Source of the DNA: Macrostomum lignano
Taxonomy: Eukaryota
DNA length: 64,000 nucleotides
Reading direction: 5' to 3'
Assembly: GCA_002269645.1 (NCBI GenBank)
Contig: NIVC01002164.1
Coordinates: 62,001 to 126,000, forward strand
Shown piece after piece: positions 12,623-23,544 of this stretch; within the stretch, counting starts at the first letter, position 1; each line of letters begins with the position of its first letter. The position numbers and the translations under genes were made by a program. The notes under the pieces are model-generated. The model saw only the letters and a list, made by a program, of their open reading frames with translations, did not search any database and was not told the DNA's origin.

Positions 12623-13469
12623 TGGCTCATCCGCTGGACTTTATGCAGCCTGGAAATGACACTCACTTTTGAAGCTGGCAAAAGACTACACAGCTCTTTA
12701 TAAAGTTCTTGTGGTACTATATAAGATTGCATTGCAGGTTTGCTCAGACTAAAATAATAATCATAATATTAACATAATTATTAAAGAGTTGCTTGTACAG
12801 TTGGGTTTTAAATAGTTTAGCAATGAGCTGACTTAATTATCTGATGAATTCCAGATGGCTGCATCTGCCACAGAATTGATTTCATGCAACTTTCAAAACT
12901 CAACCTAACCTTAACCTTAGCCCGGGAGTTTTGTTAAAATTTAATGGGGAAATCCCCAATGGAGTCTTGATTTGCATCTATAATCTGCGCAGCCATTTCC
13001 ATCGCAAAGTCACGAGGCTAAAAAAACGAGAAAAGCGAAAACTCGAACTCGAATTTCTCTGACAGACGCGGTGGAATTCAGTTTTGCCGCATAAGTTTTA
13101 CAGGAAATTTGTGCATTAACTTAGGAATTTCGGTCCAAAACGATTTAAAATGGTACACGGGGTTTATTTGTTAGTCTGTTAATTTTTTACGCTCGCTCGA
13201 TTATCTCATTTAGAGGCGAAACAACAAAAATGGTTATAATTTGCTGATGGACCAACAACAAAAGCGATTGTGTAGAGTATAAGCACAGAGAGCAGCATTT
13301 TGAGTAGATTAGGATTTCAATAAAAAGTATTTCATTTTGAGGTCCTCGCTGACCATCAGTTTTCAATAGAGACATTTCCAACGCTTTTATAAGTAGTTGA
13401 TTAAAAAAGTCGCAGTAGCGGGAGTCACATGCGGATCAGATATCAGTGAGTTGGAGGAGTCTAAGAATT

Positions 13470-13670
13470 TTTTGAGTCGTAGAGTCGGATGAGTCATAGA
13501 ATCAGATGAGTCATAGAATCAGATGAGTCACAGAATCGTATGAGTCATAGAATCATGTGGGGCCTAGAATCAGATGAGTCACAGAATCGTATGAGTCATA
13601 GAATCATGTGAGGCCTAGAATCAGACGAGGCATTGAATAGGATGAGTCGCAGAATTTAGTGAGTAACAAA
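13470..13670. repeat. Degenerate GAGTCATAGAATC-type tandem repeat just 3' of the GPCR
   Basis: Reiterated GATGAGTCA(T/C)AGAATC motifs. Confidence 0.7.
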
Positions 13671-13756
13671 GTCGCATAATTGAAGTTCATTGAGTTGTGA
13701 GTAAAAACTAGAAATATCCTTTTCTCCTCATCCTCAGCTTGCCAGAGCCAAGTAAC

Positions 13757-16700
13757 TCATGGCTCCACAGGCAGCATTGGAATGCTGGGATCGGCAGCCT
13801 CAGTCTTGAGCGAAGCCTTCTGCGGCTGCGGCTGCTGCTGCAGCATCCCGGCGCCTCTGTTGCTGGCCAGGCTGTCGAACCGCCTTCCGGGCCCTCCCAG
13901 AGCTGCGGCACCTCCGTCGCCGCTTTTCCGGCCGAAGCAGCGCCGAAACGTCAGCCGGAACTGGTGCCGGAAGTTGCTGCTGAACACGGTGTACAGCAGC
14001 GGGTTCACAGCGGAATTGGCGTACACCATCGCCATGGTGATCACCTGGGCGCTGTCCCGCCGGATGGGATGGAAGTCGATGATGTTGAACAGGACCTCCA
14101 GCAGCTTGGACAGGTAGCACACAAAGTACACGGCAACGCAGGCGATCAGCATCTTCACCACCTGCTTGCGCCCGGCCGTGCTGCTCGCTTCGTTGTTTTT
14201 CCTCGGCTGGCTCTGGTCTCGGCCAGGCCCGCCGCCCTGACCGCCGCCGCCGCCGCCGAACAGGGCGAGGGTCATCCGCCTGTACAGCACGATCTGCAGG
14301 CCCAGCGGCAGGAAGTAGAAAAGGCAGATCTCGGCGGCGCCGACCCACTTCATCGCGGCCTCGTGCTCCTGCCTGGTGGCGCCGTACTTGGCGAAGCAGC
14401 GCAGCCGGCCGCCCGGCGACTGCGGCACCACGGCGAGGAAGGCGAGGCTCTGGCTGGCCAGGGCGAGGCCGAGCAGCCAGCAGGCCAGGATGCTCAGCAG
14501 GGCGCGGCGGCGGGAGAACAGCAGGTGGGCGCGCATCGGGTGCACGATGGCCACGTAGCTGCGGGTGCGGTGGGCCGGACCTGCATGTACTGGCTGACAC
14601 CGCCTCTGACACCCCACACCGGTCACTAGCTGTGTCACTGACTCCCCACACCGGTCACTTGCTGCGTCACTGACACCCCACACCGGTCACTTGCTGTGTC
14701 ACTGACACCCCACACCGGTCACTTGCTGTGTCACTGACTCTCCACACCGGTCACTTGCTGCGTCACTGACACCCCACACTGTTCACTTGCTGTGTCACTG
14801 ACACCCCACACTGGTCACTTGCTGGGTCACTGACACCTCACGCTGGTTACTTGTTGGGTCACTGACACCCCACACTGGTCACTTGTTGGGTCACTGACAC
14901 CCCACACTGGTCACTTGCTGGGTCACTGACACCTCACACTGGTTACTTGTTGAGTCACTGAACCCCACACTGGTCACTTGCTGGGTCACTGACACCTCAC
15001 ACTGGTTACTTGTTGAGTCACTGACACCCCACACTGGTCACTTGCTGGGTCACTGACACCTCACACTGGTTACTTGTTGGGTCACTGACACCCCACACTG
15101 GTCACTTGCTGGGTCACTGATACCCCACACTGGTCACTTGCTGTGTCACTGACACCCCACACTGGTCACTTGCTGGGTCACTGTTACCCCACACTGGTCA
15201 CTTGCTGTGTCACTGATACCCCACACCGGTCACTTGCTGTGTCACTGACACCCCACACTGGTCACTTGCTGGGTCACTGATACCCCACACCGGTCACTTG
15301 CTGTGTCACTGACACCCCACACTGGTCACTTGCTGGGTCACTGATACCCCACACTGGTCACTTGCTGGGTCACTGATACCCCACACTGGTCACTTGCTGT
15401 GTCACTGATACCCCACACCGGTCACTTGTTGTGTCACTGACACCCCACCCATCGTTGCCTAGATCGAGATCACGCTTATTTTCGTAGGACTTTTTCTTAT
15501 CTATTTTAATAATGACACTCAACTGCTACAGAGAAATAGCTAAACAATGTTCAGCAGAATCTGTCAGCAAACTTGAATTTTCTAAAAGTTCCAGGAAACG
15601 AAAGGAAAAGAAAACCCAGGACATCCGTTGCAACTTTTGCTGAAGACAGAAAGCCCCCAGTCTGTCAGCGCTCTGCTTCCGCCAGCTCAAGCAGAGCTGA
15701 CAGTTCGTCCTCGTGACTCCCAACCCACCCTTTCTGCAGCACAGAATCTCCGCCAGTCTGGTGCGTGGGATCTGCTTGGCTGCCTAATGGGACTTCTGCG
15801 GCCCTCCTTTTCCTTTTTCCCCAAAGCCGAAGCATAAATACATATCTATTCTCAAGTAAGGATTCTGCACCAATGACTCAACTCGATTGCCTGGATTCTC
15901 TAAATAATTGATAAACTGCCCATACTCATTCTCAATGATTTACGCTCTACACTGATTCCCATATTCATTTTGAGAGCATTGTTCGGGGTAGATGTTCCTC
16001 AACTCCTTCGAGTACTACTCAGCTGAAAACAAGTTCCTGAGCGTAGGGAGCCCCATTTTCCGGAGACTTCGGAGCCTGACTAATGGATTGGCGAACTGCC
16101 GCCAGAATCCGCCAGATAGAGGAGGGTTCTGGCCTGGCCCTGTAAGATTTCAACTTCCTGATGGTCTCTGCTGGCTCCGCTCGAATTTCAAATCCCGAAC
16201 TTCTCCCCAGGGACTGTGAGATTTTGGCGGAGAAAAGCCGGAGCTCCGATTTCTACTCGTCTTCTTAAACTTTTCTCGGTCGGGAAGGGGACATTGCGAG
16301 ATTGTTCCTCGTTTTCTTGAAGCTCTGGCTTCTTGCAAGGCTGTTTTAGCAGCTCAGATCAAACGTCAATGCATGTAGCAATGAATGTTGGACTGAGTTT
16401 TAAATGAGTCTTAGATGATTTGACCAGATGAGGCCAGATGAGACACTGGAGAAGGCCTTCCAAGAACTCCGTGACATGATGTACGAGCTACGGTCGGAGC
16501 GCATGTCTTCGGCCTTTTTTATTCTGAACTGGGAAAGCTTCAAGGATATCAAAAGAATCTTTTCGATCTCGGTTGCCGAGCGGGGAGCGGAGCCGCTGTG
16601 TTTTTTATCAGCCGATGGGGCAGCGCAGGGGAGGCTGCAGAGGAAGCCATCAGGCTGATGAATTATTGACTGGCGATTCTAGCTGCAACACAGAATCAAT

Positions 16701-17711
16701 TTGCTGAATTGACCTGTCCGACTTAAGCTTGTCGGTCCAGAGCTGACTGCGGCGCTTGCAAAAAAAGCTGGGACTACAGTTAATCCAGGGCGTCGCTTCC
16801 GGTTCACCCGAATCCGTCAAATCCGTCAGGTGCCACCGAGGTGCGAACCCCGCTTCCTTATCTGAAGCTTCCGGATTTAAATGGCCTTCACTGGCTGTTG
16901 TAGGCCAACTGCTGTCAGGGACTGCTGTCAGGGACTGCTGTCAGGGACTGCTGTCAGGGGGACTGCTGTCAGGGACTGCTGTCAGGGACTGCTATCAGGG
17001 ACTGCTGTCAGAGACTGCTGTCAGGGACACTGCTGTCAGGGACACTGCTGTCAATGACTGCTGTCAGGGACTGCTGTCAATGACTGCTGTCAGGGACTGC
17101 TGTCAGGGACTGCTGTCAGGGACTGCTGTCAGGGACTGCTGTCAGGGACTGCTGTCAGGGATTGCTGTCAGGGACTGCTGTGCAAGCTAATAGATTCACG
17201 CACACGAAGGCCAACCACCAAGGCACATAGATTGTATAATGAGAACATCAGGGCGCTGTACCCCCTGTGAGCATGTGCCTGTGTGAGGGCTCATGGGTCA
17301 TAGAAATAGCATTACTGCTTGAGTTAAAGTTCCCCTACAAACTCACCGCTCCACACAGACGATGGTGAGAGTGATGACAGAGGCATACAGCGCTGTTGTC
17401 ATGGCGAACCGCTGCGCCTTGCACAGCGCCAGCCCCAGCAGCCACTCCTCGGACAGGAGGTGCAGCACAATCTGCCAGACCGCCAGCAGCAGGGACAACA
17501 GGTCGGCGGCAGCCAGGTTCAGAATGTACAGATTGGTGACGCTCGCCCGCATTCGCCGATCGATGAGCACCGTGATGATCACCAGGCTGTTTCCGAACAG
17601 GCCGACGGCCACAATCAGCAGGTAGACAGCCGTGGCGGCCACCTTGCCGCTGCTCATGGCCTGGCTGTGCAGCGCAGCTCCGCCCGACAGGCTCGAGTTC
17701 GACTCCATCAT
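13757..17711 (-). CDS. Class A (rhodopsin-like) GPCR, neuropeptide-receptor type, about 388 aa
   Basis: Exon 1 17711-17347 (GN in TM1, TNLYILNLAAADLL, extracellular Cys, ends VE-CG|GT). Exon 2 14558-13757 begins C TAC to give ERYVAIVHP; it contains the TM5 FYFLP, RKQVVKMLI and NSAVNPLLY motifs. Phases match. Confidence 0.92.
14590..15450. repeat. 32-bp minisatellite (CACTGACACCCCACAC(C/T)GGTCACTTGCTGTGT)n in the GPCR intron
   Basis: 32-bp period measured (14669 vs 14701); the array starts ~30 bp from the acceptor site. Confidence 0.95.
16905..17180. repeat. 13-bp tandem repeat (GACTGCTGTCAGG)n
   Basis: Directly visible in the GPCR intron. Confidence 0.93.
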
Positions 17712-17934
17712 CGGAGCCGGTGCAGTTGCGTTGCTGGATCTTACTGCGGCAGGCTAATTTAAGCTTCTCTCTTCGCGTGACTTTTTCCTTGCCCATCGGC
17801 TCTGCCTTGGCTTTTTGAGGAATGGGGCAAGGGTTGAAGGAATTTCTGCCGACCAATGGTCGATCAGTTCGGCACTCGGCACTCCAATAAAGACTCAGAA
17901 TTCGACTGGGATTGCTGGATATGCGAGCTGGCCT

Positions 17935-18765
17935 TCACACCAGCTTCCTGACCAGCTTCCTGACCAGCTTCCTGACCAGCTTTCTGACTGGCTTTCTGAC
18001 CAGCTTCCTGACCAGCTTCCTGACTGGCTTTCTGACTGGCTTTCTGACTGGCTTTCACACCAGCTTCCACACCAGCTTCCACACCAGCTTCCACACCAGC
18101 TTCCTGACTGGCTTCCACACCAGCTTCATGACTGGCTTTCACACAAGCTTCCACACCAGCTTCCTGACCAGCTTCCACACCAGCTTCCTGACCAACTTCC
18201 ACACCAGCTTCCTGACCAGCTTCTTGACCAGCTTCCTGACCAGCTTCTTGACCAGCTTCCTGACCAGCTTCTTGACCAGCTTCCACATCAGCTTCCTGAC
18301 CAGCTTCCACACCAGTTTCGGCACCAGCTTCCTAACTGGCTTCCACACCAGCTTCCACACCAGCTTCTTAACTGGCTTCCACACCAGCTTCCACACCAGC
18401 TTCCTAACTGGCTTTCACACCAGCTTCCTAACTGGCTTCCACACCAGCTTCCACACCAGCTTCTTAACTGGCTTTCACACCAGCTTTCCCACCAGCTTCC
18501 ACACCAGCTTCCACACCAGCTTCTTAACTGGCTTTCACACCAGCTTTCCCACCAGCTTCCACACCAGCTTCCACACCAGCTTCTTAACTGGCTTCCACAC
18601 CAGCTTCCACACCAGCTTCCACACCAGCTTCTTAACTGGCTTTCACACCAGCTTTCCCACCAGCTTCCACACCAGCTTTTTAACTGGCTTTCACACCAGC
18701 TTTCCCACCAGCTTCCACACCAGCTTCCGCACCATGCAGCTTACTAACTGGCTTCCACACCAGCT
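17935..18765. repeat. 12-bp tandem repeat (CCAGCTTCC(ACA/TGA))n
   Basis: Visible array upstream of the GPCR; source of the spurious ORFs at 17815-18769. Confidence 0.95.
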
Positions 18766-19394
18766 ATAGTAGGAAGGTAGACATTGTGGAGAATCGTGCA
18801 ATGAAGTATGAGTGCTACATCGGGACGCAGCGAAGAAGCTACAAGAGAACATGAAGGACGGTAGCTGCACCCGCCTACTGGTCGCACTCTGATAGAACAG
18901 GAAAAGCTGACCTCGCAATAACAGAAGTATTCAATCCTATTTATTATTACGAAAAGACGAAGAATCTGTAGAACATTTACGACATTCGGATGTTGTTTAA
19001 AGCTATTTAAAGGCTTCCAAAGGGTGCTAATTACCACTTGGGGAGGGGGCGGAGCGTCCAATTCCTTACCGTCAGGCCATCAATAAAAGTGACATAATAA
19101 CTGTGATCAGTGCATTGGGTTCGTCGAATGAAGGACAGAAAATGAACAACCGCATCTTTGCCCCTTCTGTTGTGTCGGTCCGAGCTTCTCGAGTGTGCTT
19201 TTTCTTCTTCAAGGGCTTCGGGGGCCCGACGCATCACGTGCTCGAAACATAGCCTCCTCAAGCAGAGTGAAAGGGCGCTGCACTCGAAGTTCGTGCAAAT
19301 TTTACTGAAATACCCGTGAAAGTTGCGAAGTGCATTAGTGAGATTGGGTACTTCTGGGTACTTCCAAGTCTTCAAGTACTAAAGGAAACACTAC

Positions 19395-20200
19395 AACACA
19401 AAAACACTAAAACACAGGCACTAAAGGACTAAAACGCCGGCACTAAAGGACTAAGACACAAGCACTAAAGGACTAAAACACAGGCACTAAAGGACTAAGA
19501 CACAAGCACTAAAGGACTAAAACACAGGCACTAAAGGACTAAGACACAAGCACTAAAGGACTAAAACACAGGCACTAAAGGACTAAGACACAAGCACTAA
19601 AGGACTAAAACACAGGCACTAAAGGACTAAAACACAGGCACCAAAGGACTATAACACAGGCACTAAAGGACTAAGACACAAGCACTAAAGGACTAAGACA
19701 CAAGCACTAAAGGACTAAAACACAGGCACTAAAGGACTAAGACACAAGCACTAAAGGACTAAAACACAGGCACTAAAGGACTAAGACACAAGCACTAAAG
19801 GACTAGAAAATCGGCACTAAATACTTAAACACCGGCACTAAAGGACTAGAAAACCGGCACTAAAGGACTAAAACACCGGCATTAAATACTTAAACACAGG
19901 CACTAAAGGACTAGAAAACCGGCACTAAAGGACTAAAACACCGGCATTAAAATACTAAAGCACTAAAGGACTAAAACATCGGCATTAAAATACTAAAGCA
20001 CTAAAGGACTAAAACACCGGGATTAAAATACTAAAGCACTAAAGGACTAAAACATCGGCATTAAAATACTAAAACACTAAAGGACTAAAACACCGGGATT
20101 AAAATACTAAAGCACTAAAGGACTAAAACATCGGCATTAAAATACTAAAACACTAAAGGACTAAAACACCGGGATTAAAATACTAAAGCACTAAAGGACT
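19395..20200. repeat. 22-bp tandem repeat (GCACTAAAGGACTAA(A/G)ACACA(G/A)) with higher-order variants
   Basis: 22-bp period (19441, 19463, 19485). Two variants alternate in the first half; a longer compound unit appears after ~19900. Confidence 0.93.
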
Positions 20201-21084
20201 AGAAGGCAAGCAGATTCTTGTTACCGAGGAAGGTATGAGTACATGTAGTCACGTTGCTTCATAGTTGATCTCCAAGGACTTGACAGAGATGGGTTGCTTT
20301 CACAAACGCAAAATTTCACAACCGCTAAACCACAGCAGCAACCCACCAGAGAGTCTGAATTATTAGCACAGTTTAATACCTGAAAATACACTAGCTACGA
20401 GCTTATTGTCGGATGGGGGCAAAAAACGTTTTACTCGTAGATAAAATGAAGCGGCATATCTAGTAGTCATCCCAACATTAAACTCGCGCAGCTGGGCTTT
20501 AATTTCAATTGATATGCTCAAAATTCAAATTTTTGTGCGGAAAAGACTGAAAAATTACCTATCTTCGAAACTTTCTCCCAAGAAAATGATCAAGATTTTA
20601 TGCTTAAGCCAGGATGTCAACAGATACACGTCATGAAAAATTATTTACTCGCACAACCGCAAACCGGCTCAAATCCGCTGCCATGCCAAGATAACGGAGG
20701 CCATTCATCAACAAGCTTGTTGATGAAGCAGCTTAGGATTAGGATTAGGATTAGATCGAATGTGTCGTCATAATACTAATCCCTGAACTGCTGAATTAAT
20801 CTCTATCTGATGGGCAGGTTCTCGACTACCGAACATGATTCTCAACCTGTGCGGTTGTTGAACGAGCAGATCAAGTCCGTGGCGTCGCTTAAAGATACGC
20901 GATTATCAATTGAGCTGGCTTAAAACCATTAGCCTCCCGCGTCTATTTTTGCTCAACCCCGTAGCCTCCCGTAGCAGCTCTGCTGCCATTGATTTAAAAG
21001 CTGAAAACTTCTGCTAGAAATTTATTTCACCCCCACTCCCTCCCATAACTTGCTGTAAAAAATGGAAACATTAATAGGCATCAG

Positions 21085-22280
21085 TAGGAAGTAGTGTGAT
21101 GGGGTGAAAATATCGGTCGAAGTTGCTTGCAAGCTTCTGCTTGCAGCAGCCCGAGGATTGTAATATTCCTGCACGAAAACGAGTGCGTCAATGGCAAAAG
21201 CACGAGTGCGCGAAGCGCACGAGTGCATTTTGCCATAGACGCACGAGTTTGCGTGTAGGAAAATCATTGTCTTTTGACCATAGACAAAGTCATTCCTGCA
21301 CGGTTTTCGAGAAACGTTAAGAAGAGATGAAAATTGAGTGGAGAGTTTATATAAAAGTGTATAAAGCTTATTGACTATGGCGTCTGTAATCGAATCGGCT
21401 CTGAATCCTCCATAAATTGATTTTCGCTACGCTACGGTGTCTGGATTAAGTGGCGACGAAATGTTTATTGAAAGTGTGTTCAGCATTGTGTGCGACCTAC
21501 AGTTGTTACGGAGCTGCATGAAGCTGGCTTTTCTGTCGAAAAAATTGCGAAGGTGACAGGTCACAAGGCGAGCAATTCTTTATTCTTAGTAAGTTTATTG
21601 ACACATGGACAAGGAATTTATTAAACACCACCTCTATTCACAGAATAGCGCGTCGGTAGAACGATACATCCGGAGAGGCAAGAAGAGGGACTCGATCATG
21701 GCAGGGATGAGTGATCAGCTGACAGTCGCTCTAGCTGGAACTATGCCGGCACCAAGTTCTACATTGAGCGAAGCTCCTGCAAGGGCTGTTGCGACTACCG
21801 ACCCGTGCGGATCAGCGTCAATGTCAACTGTCAAGAAGTCACTGGTTGTTGAAGAATCGACCACCACACTTGTAGCAGCCCCCACTAAGCGGATGAAGAT
21901 TTTGGCAAACGGCGAAACGAATGTTGTGCAGTTTATTTTCGAGTAAATGCCGAGAGGGGTGTGAGTAGGTCTATAGACTCATTAACTGTTTCCCTAGTTC
22001 CACTTATTATCCTTTTTGTTCTTCCATATTGTTATTGATTACATATTCAGTTGCTTCTAAAAAAACTGTTAAATCGTGCAGGAATGAAGTCATTCCTGCA
22101 CGATAAGCTAACGTATGTCAAGTGATTTCTACCATAGACACAGACATTCCTGCACGATAATAAATCGAAAAAATCATTCCTGCACGCTGTGGTCAAACGA
22201 CAATGTGCCGTCTCGGCCCGAGGAAGCATAGACATATTTCTATTGGGTCATACTTCGCGGGCCGCATCACTTCCTTTCGG
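21085..22280 (+). mobile_element. Crypton-like (tyrosine recombinase) transposon remnant 1
   Basis: 21484 onward reads HCVRPTVVTELHEAGFSVEKIAKVTGHK, then a 76-nt intron (21568-21643), then NSASVERYI...VVQFIFE* (21946). This is the HxxR...GH...Y recombinase C-terminus. An ~80-bp imperfect palindrome lies at 21171-21250, with repeated TCATTCCTGCACG motifs near both ends. The N-terminal part is missing and the boundaries are approximate. Confidence 0.72.
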
Positions 22281-22429
22281 CCCGCTCCTAGATGCAGGGC
22301 TAAGCAAAGTATGCAGTTTTCGATATACCATCTTTACCATAGACTATAATCCCGAGCCGAATCGCTGTCTCTGCCCGGAGCGTGGCTGAGTGCAAAAACT
22401 GGGGTGGGGGGCTTCGCCCCCACATTTTA

Positions 22430-23188
22430 ACCATAGATAAAATCAACCAGAGTCTGACTGCAGTTAAGTAGTGGATATCAGAATTCTTTTCATTCTGAAT
22501 TTAGCTTCGTTTTTTGTCAACCTGCTGAGCTAGAGAAAAATGATCAATTTGTCAAGAATTGCGACTGGAGATATCTAGACTCCGGACTTGACACTCTATG
22601 GATGAAATCAAGGCTGTAACAGGTCAGTGTTCAGTTGTTTTTGTAGTGTGCTAAGTTATAGATTATAGCATCACTCTAAAGAAACCGATTTTTTGTAGGT
22701 CATCGCCGCGATGAATCCGTCAATCGATACACCAAGCGCATCTCTGAGAAGAGAAAGATCCAGGTTTCTCGCAGTATCACGGAAGCATTGCACTCAGAGT
22801 CGAAGATGTCGAAGGTGGTTTCAATGGAGCACCGCCAGACGGAGTACAATGAGCCTGGCCCGTCGCGCAACCCAATAGCTACTCTGGAGAAGGATGGAGC
22901 TAAAATTAGCTTCTTCTTGTAGGAGACAAGCGGTGAATGGAAGCAAGATGTGAACCTGTAACGGACAATGAATTTTGCTAGCAATGTATGTGACAATTAT
23001 TGATACATTTAATGGTTATTTGATACAACTTTTAAGTATACGTTAATTACGAGTACATATGTTATACTCAATCGTTCTGGCAAAAGTTTGGCCATAGACT
23101 AGGCTCACATATCTTCATTTCGGCCCGTGATGTGGCCTGCGAAATCTAGACACAATATAATTCTAACTACACCCGCTGTCTATGGCCA
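22430..23188 (+). mobile_element. Crypton-like (tyrosine recombinase) transposon remnant 2
   Basis: RYLDSG-(5-nt insertion)-HSMDEIKAVT G, then a GT-AG intron 22623-22698, then HRRDESVNRYTKRISEKRK...KISFFL* (22922). TGGCCATAGAC inverted pair at 23089-23188. Boundaries approximate. Confidence 0.65.
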
Positions 23189-23544
23189 GCAGATCGAGTC
23201 AGAGCCAGCTAAAAATAGCTACCAGCCATGCTTCCAGAAGCAGCCAAGGACTGGTGTGAGAGCTTTACATAGACAAACCGAAGTCACTTTTTTGCCATAA
23301 ACAGATATTGCTTCGTATATCCATCTCATTTATTATGCGTAGTGTAAAGAGATGACACAAAGTATTGCAAGCATAGAAATTTCTACGTAAGTGATTGCCA
23401 TAGACAATAAGATTTGGGTTTTCAAAGGGATGAATGCAATACAGTATTGCATATATGTTCTCTTCCTGTGAAATGAGGATAAACCAATCAAAAATATTTT
23501 TCATCAATATTCCACAAATATAATTTTTCAAACTATATTCTACA

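Noticed and set aside
13739-14651. Long overlapping ORFs antisense or out of frame to GPCR exon 2
   Set aside because: Shadow ORFs of GC-rich coding sequence.
15990-16660. Short ORFs in the GPCR intron, possibly a TE fragment
   Set aside because: All frames inspected; no recognisable transposon or host motif.
17815-18769. 148-310-aa repetitive ORFs
   Set aside because: Products of the 12-bp tandem repeat; open in several frames on both strands.
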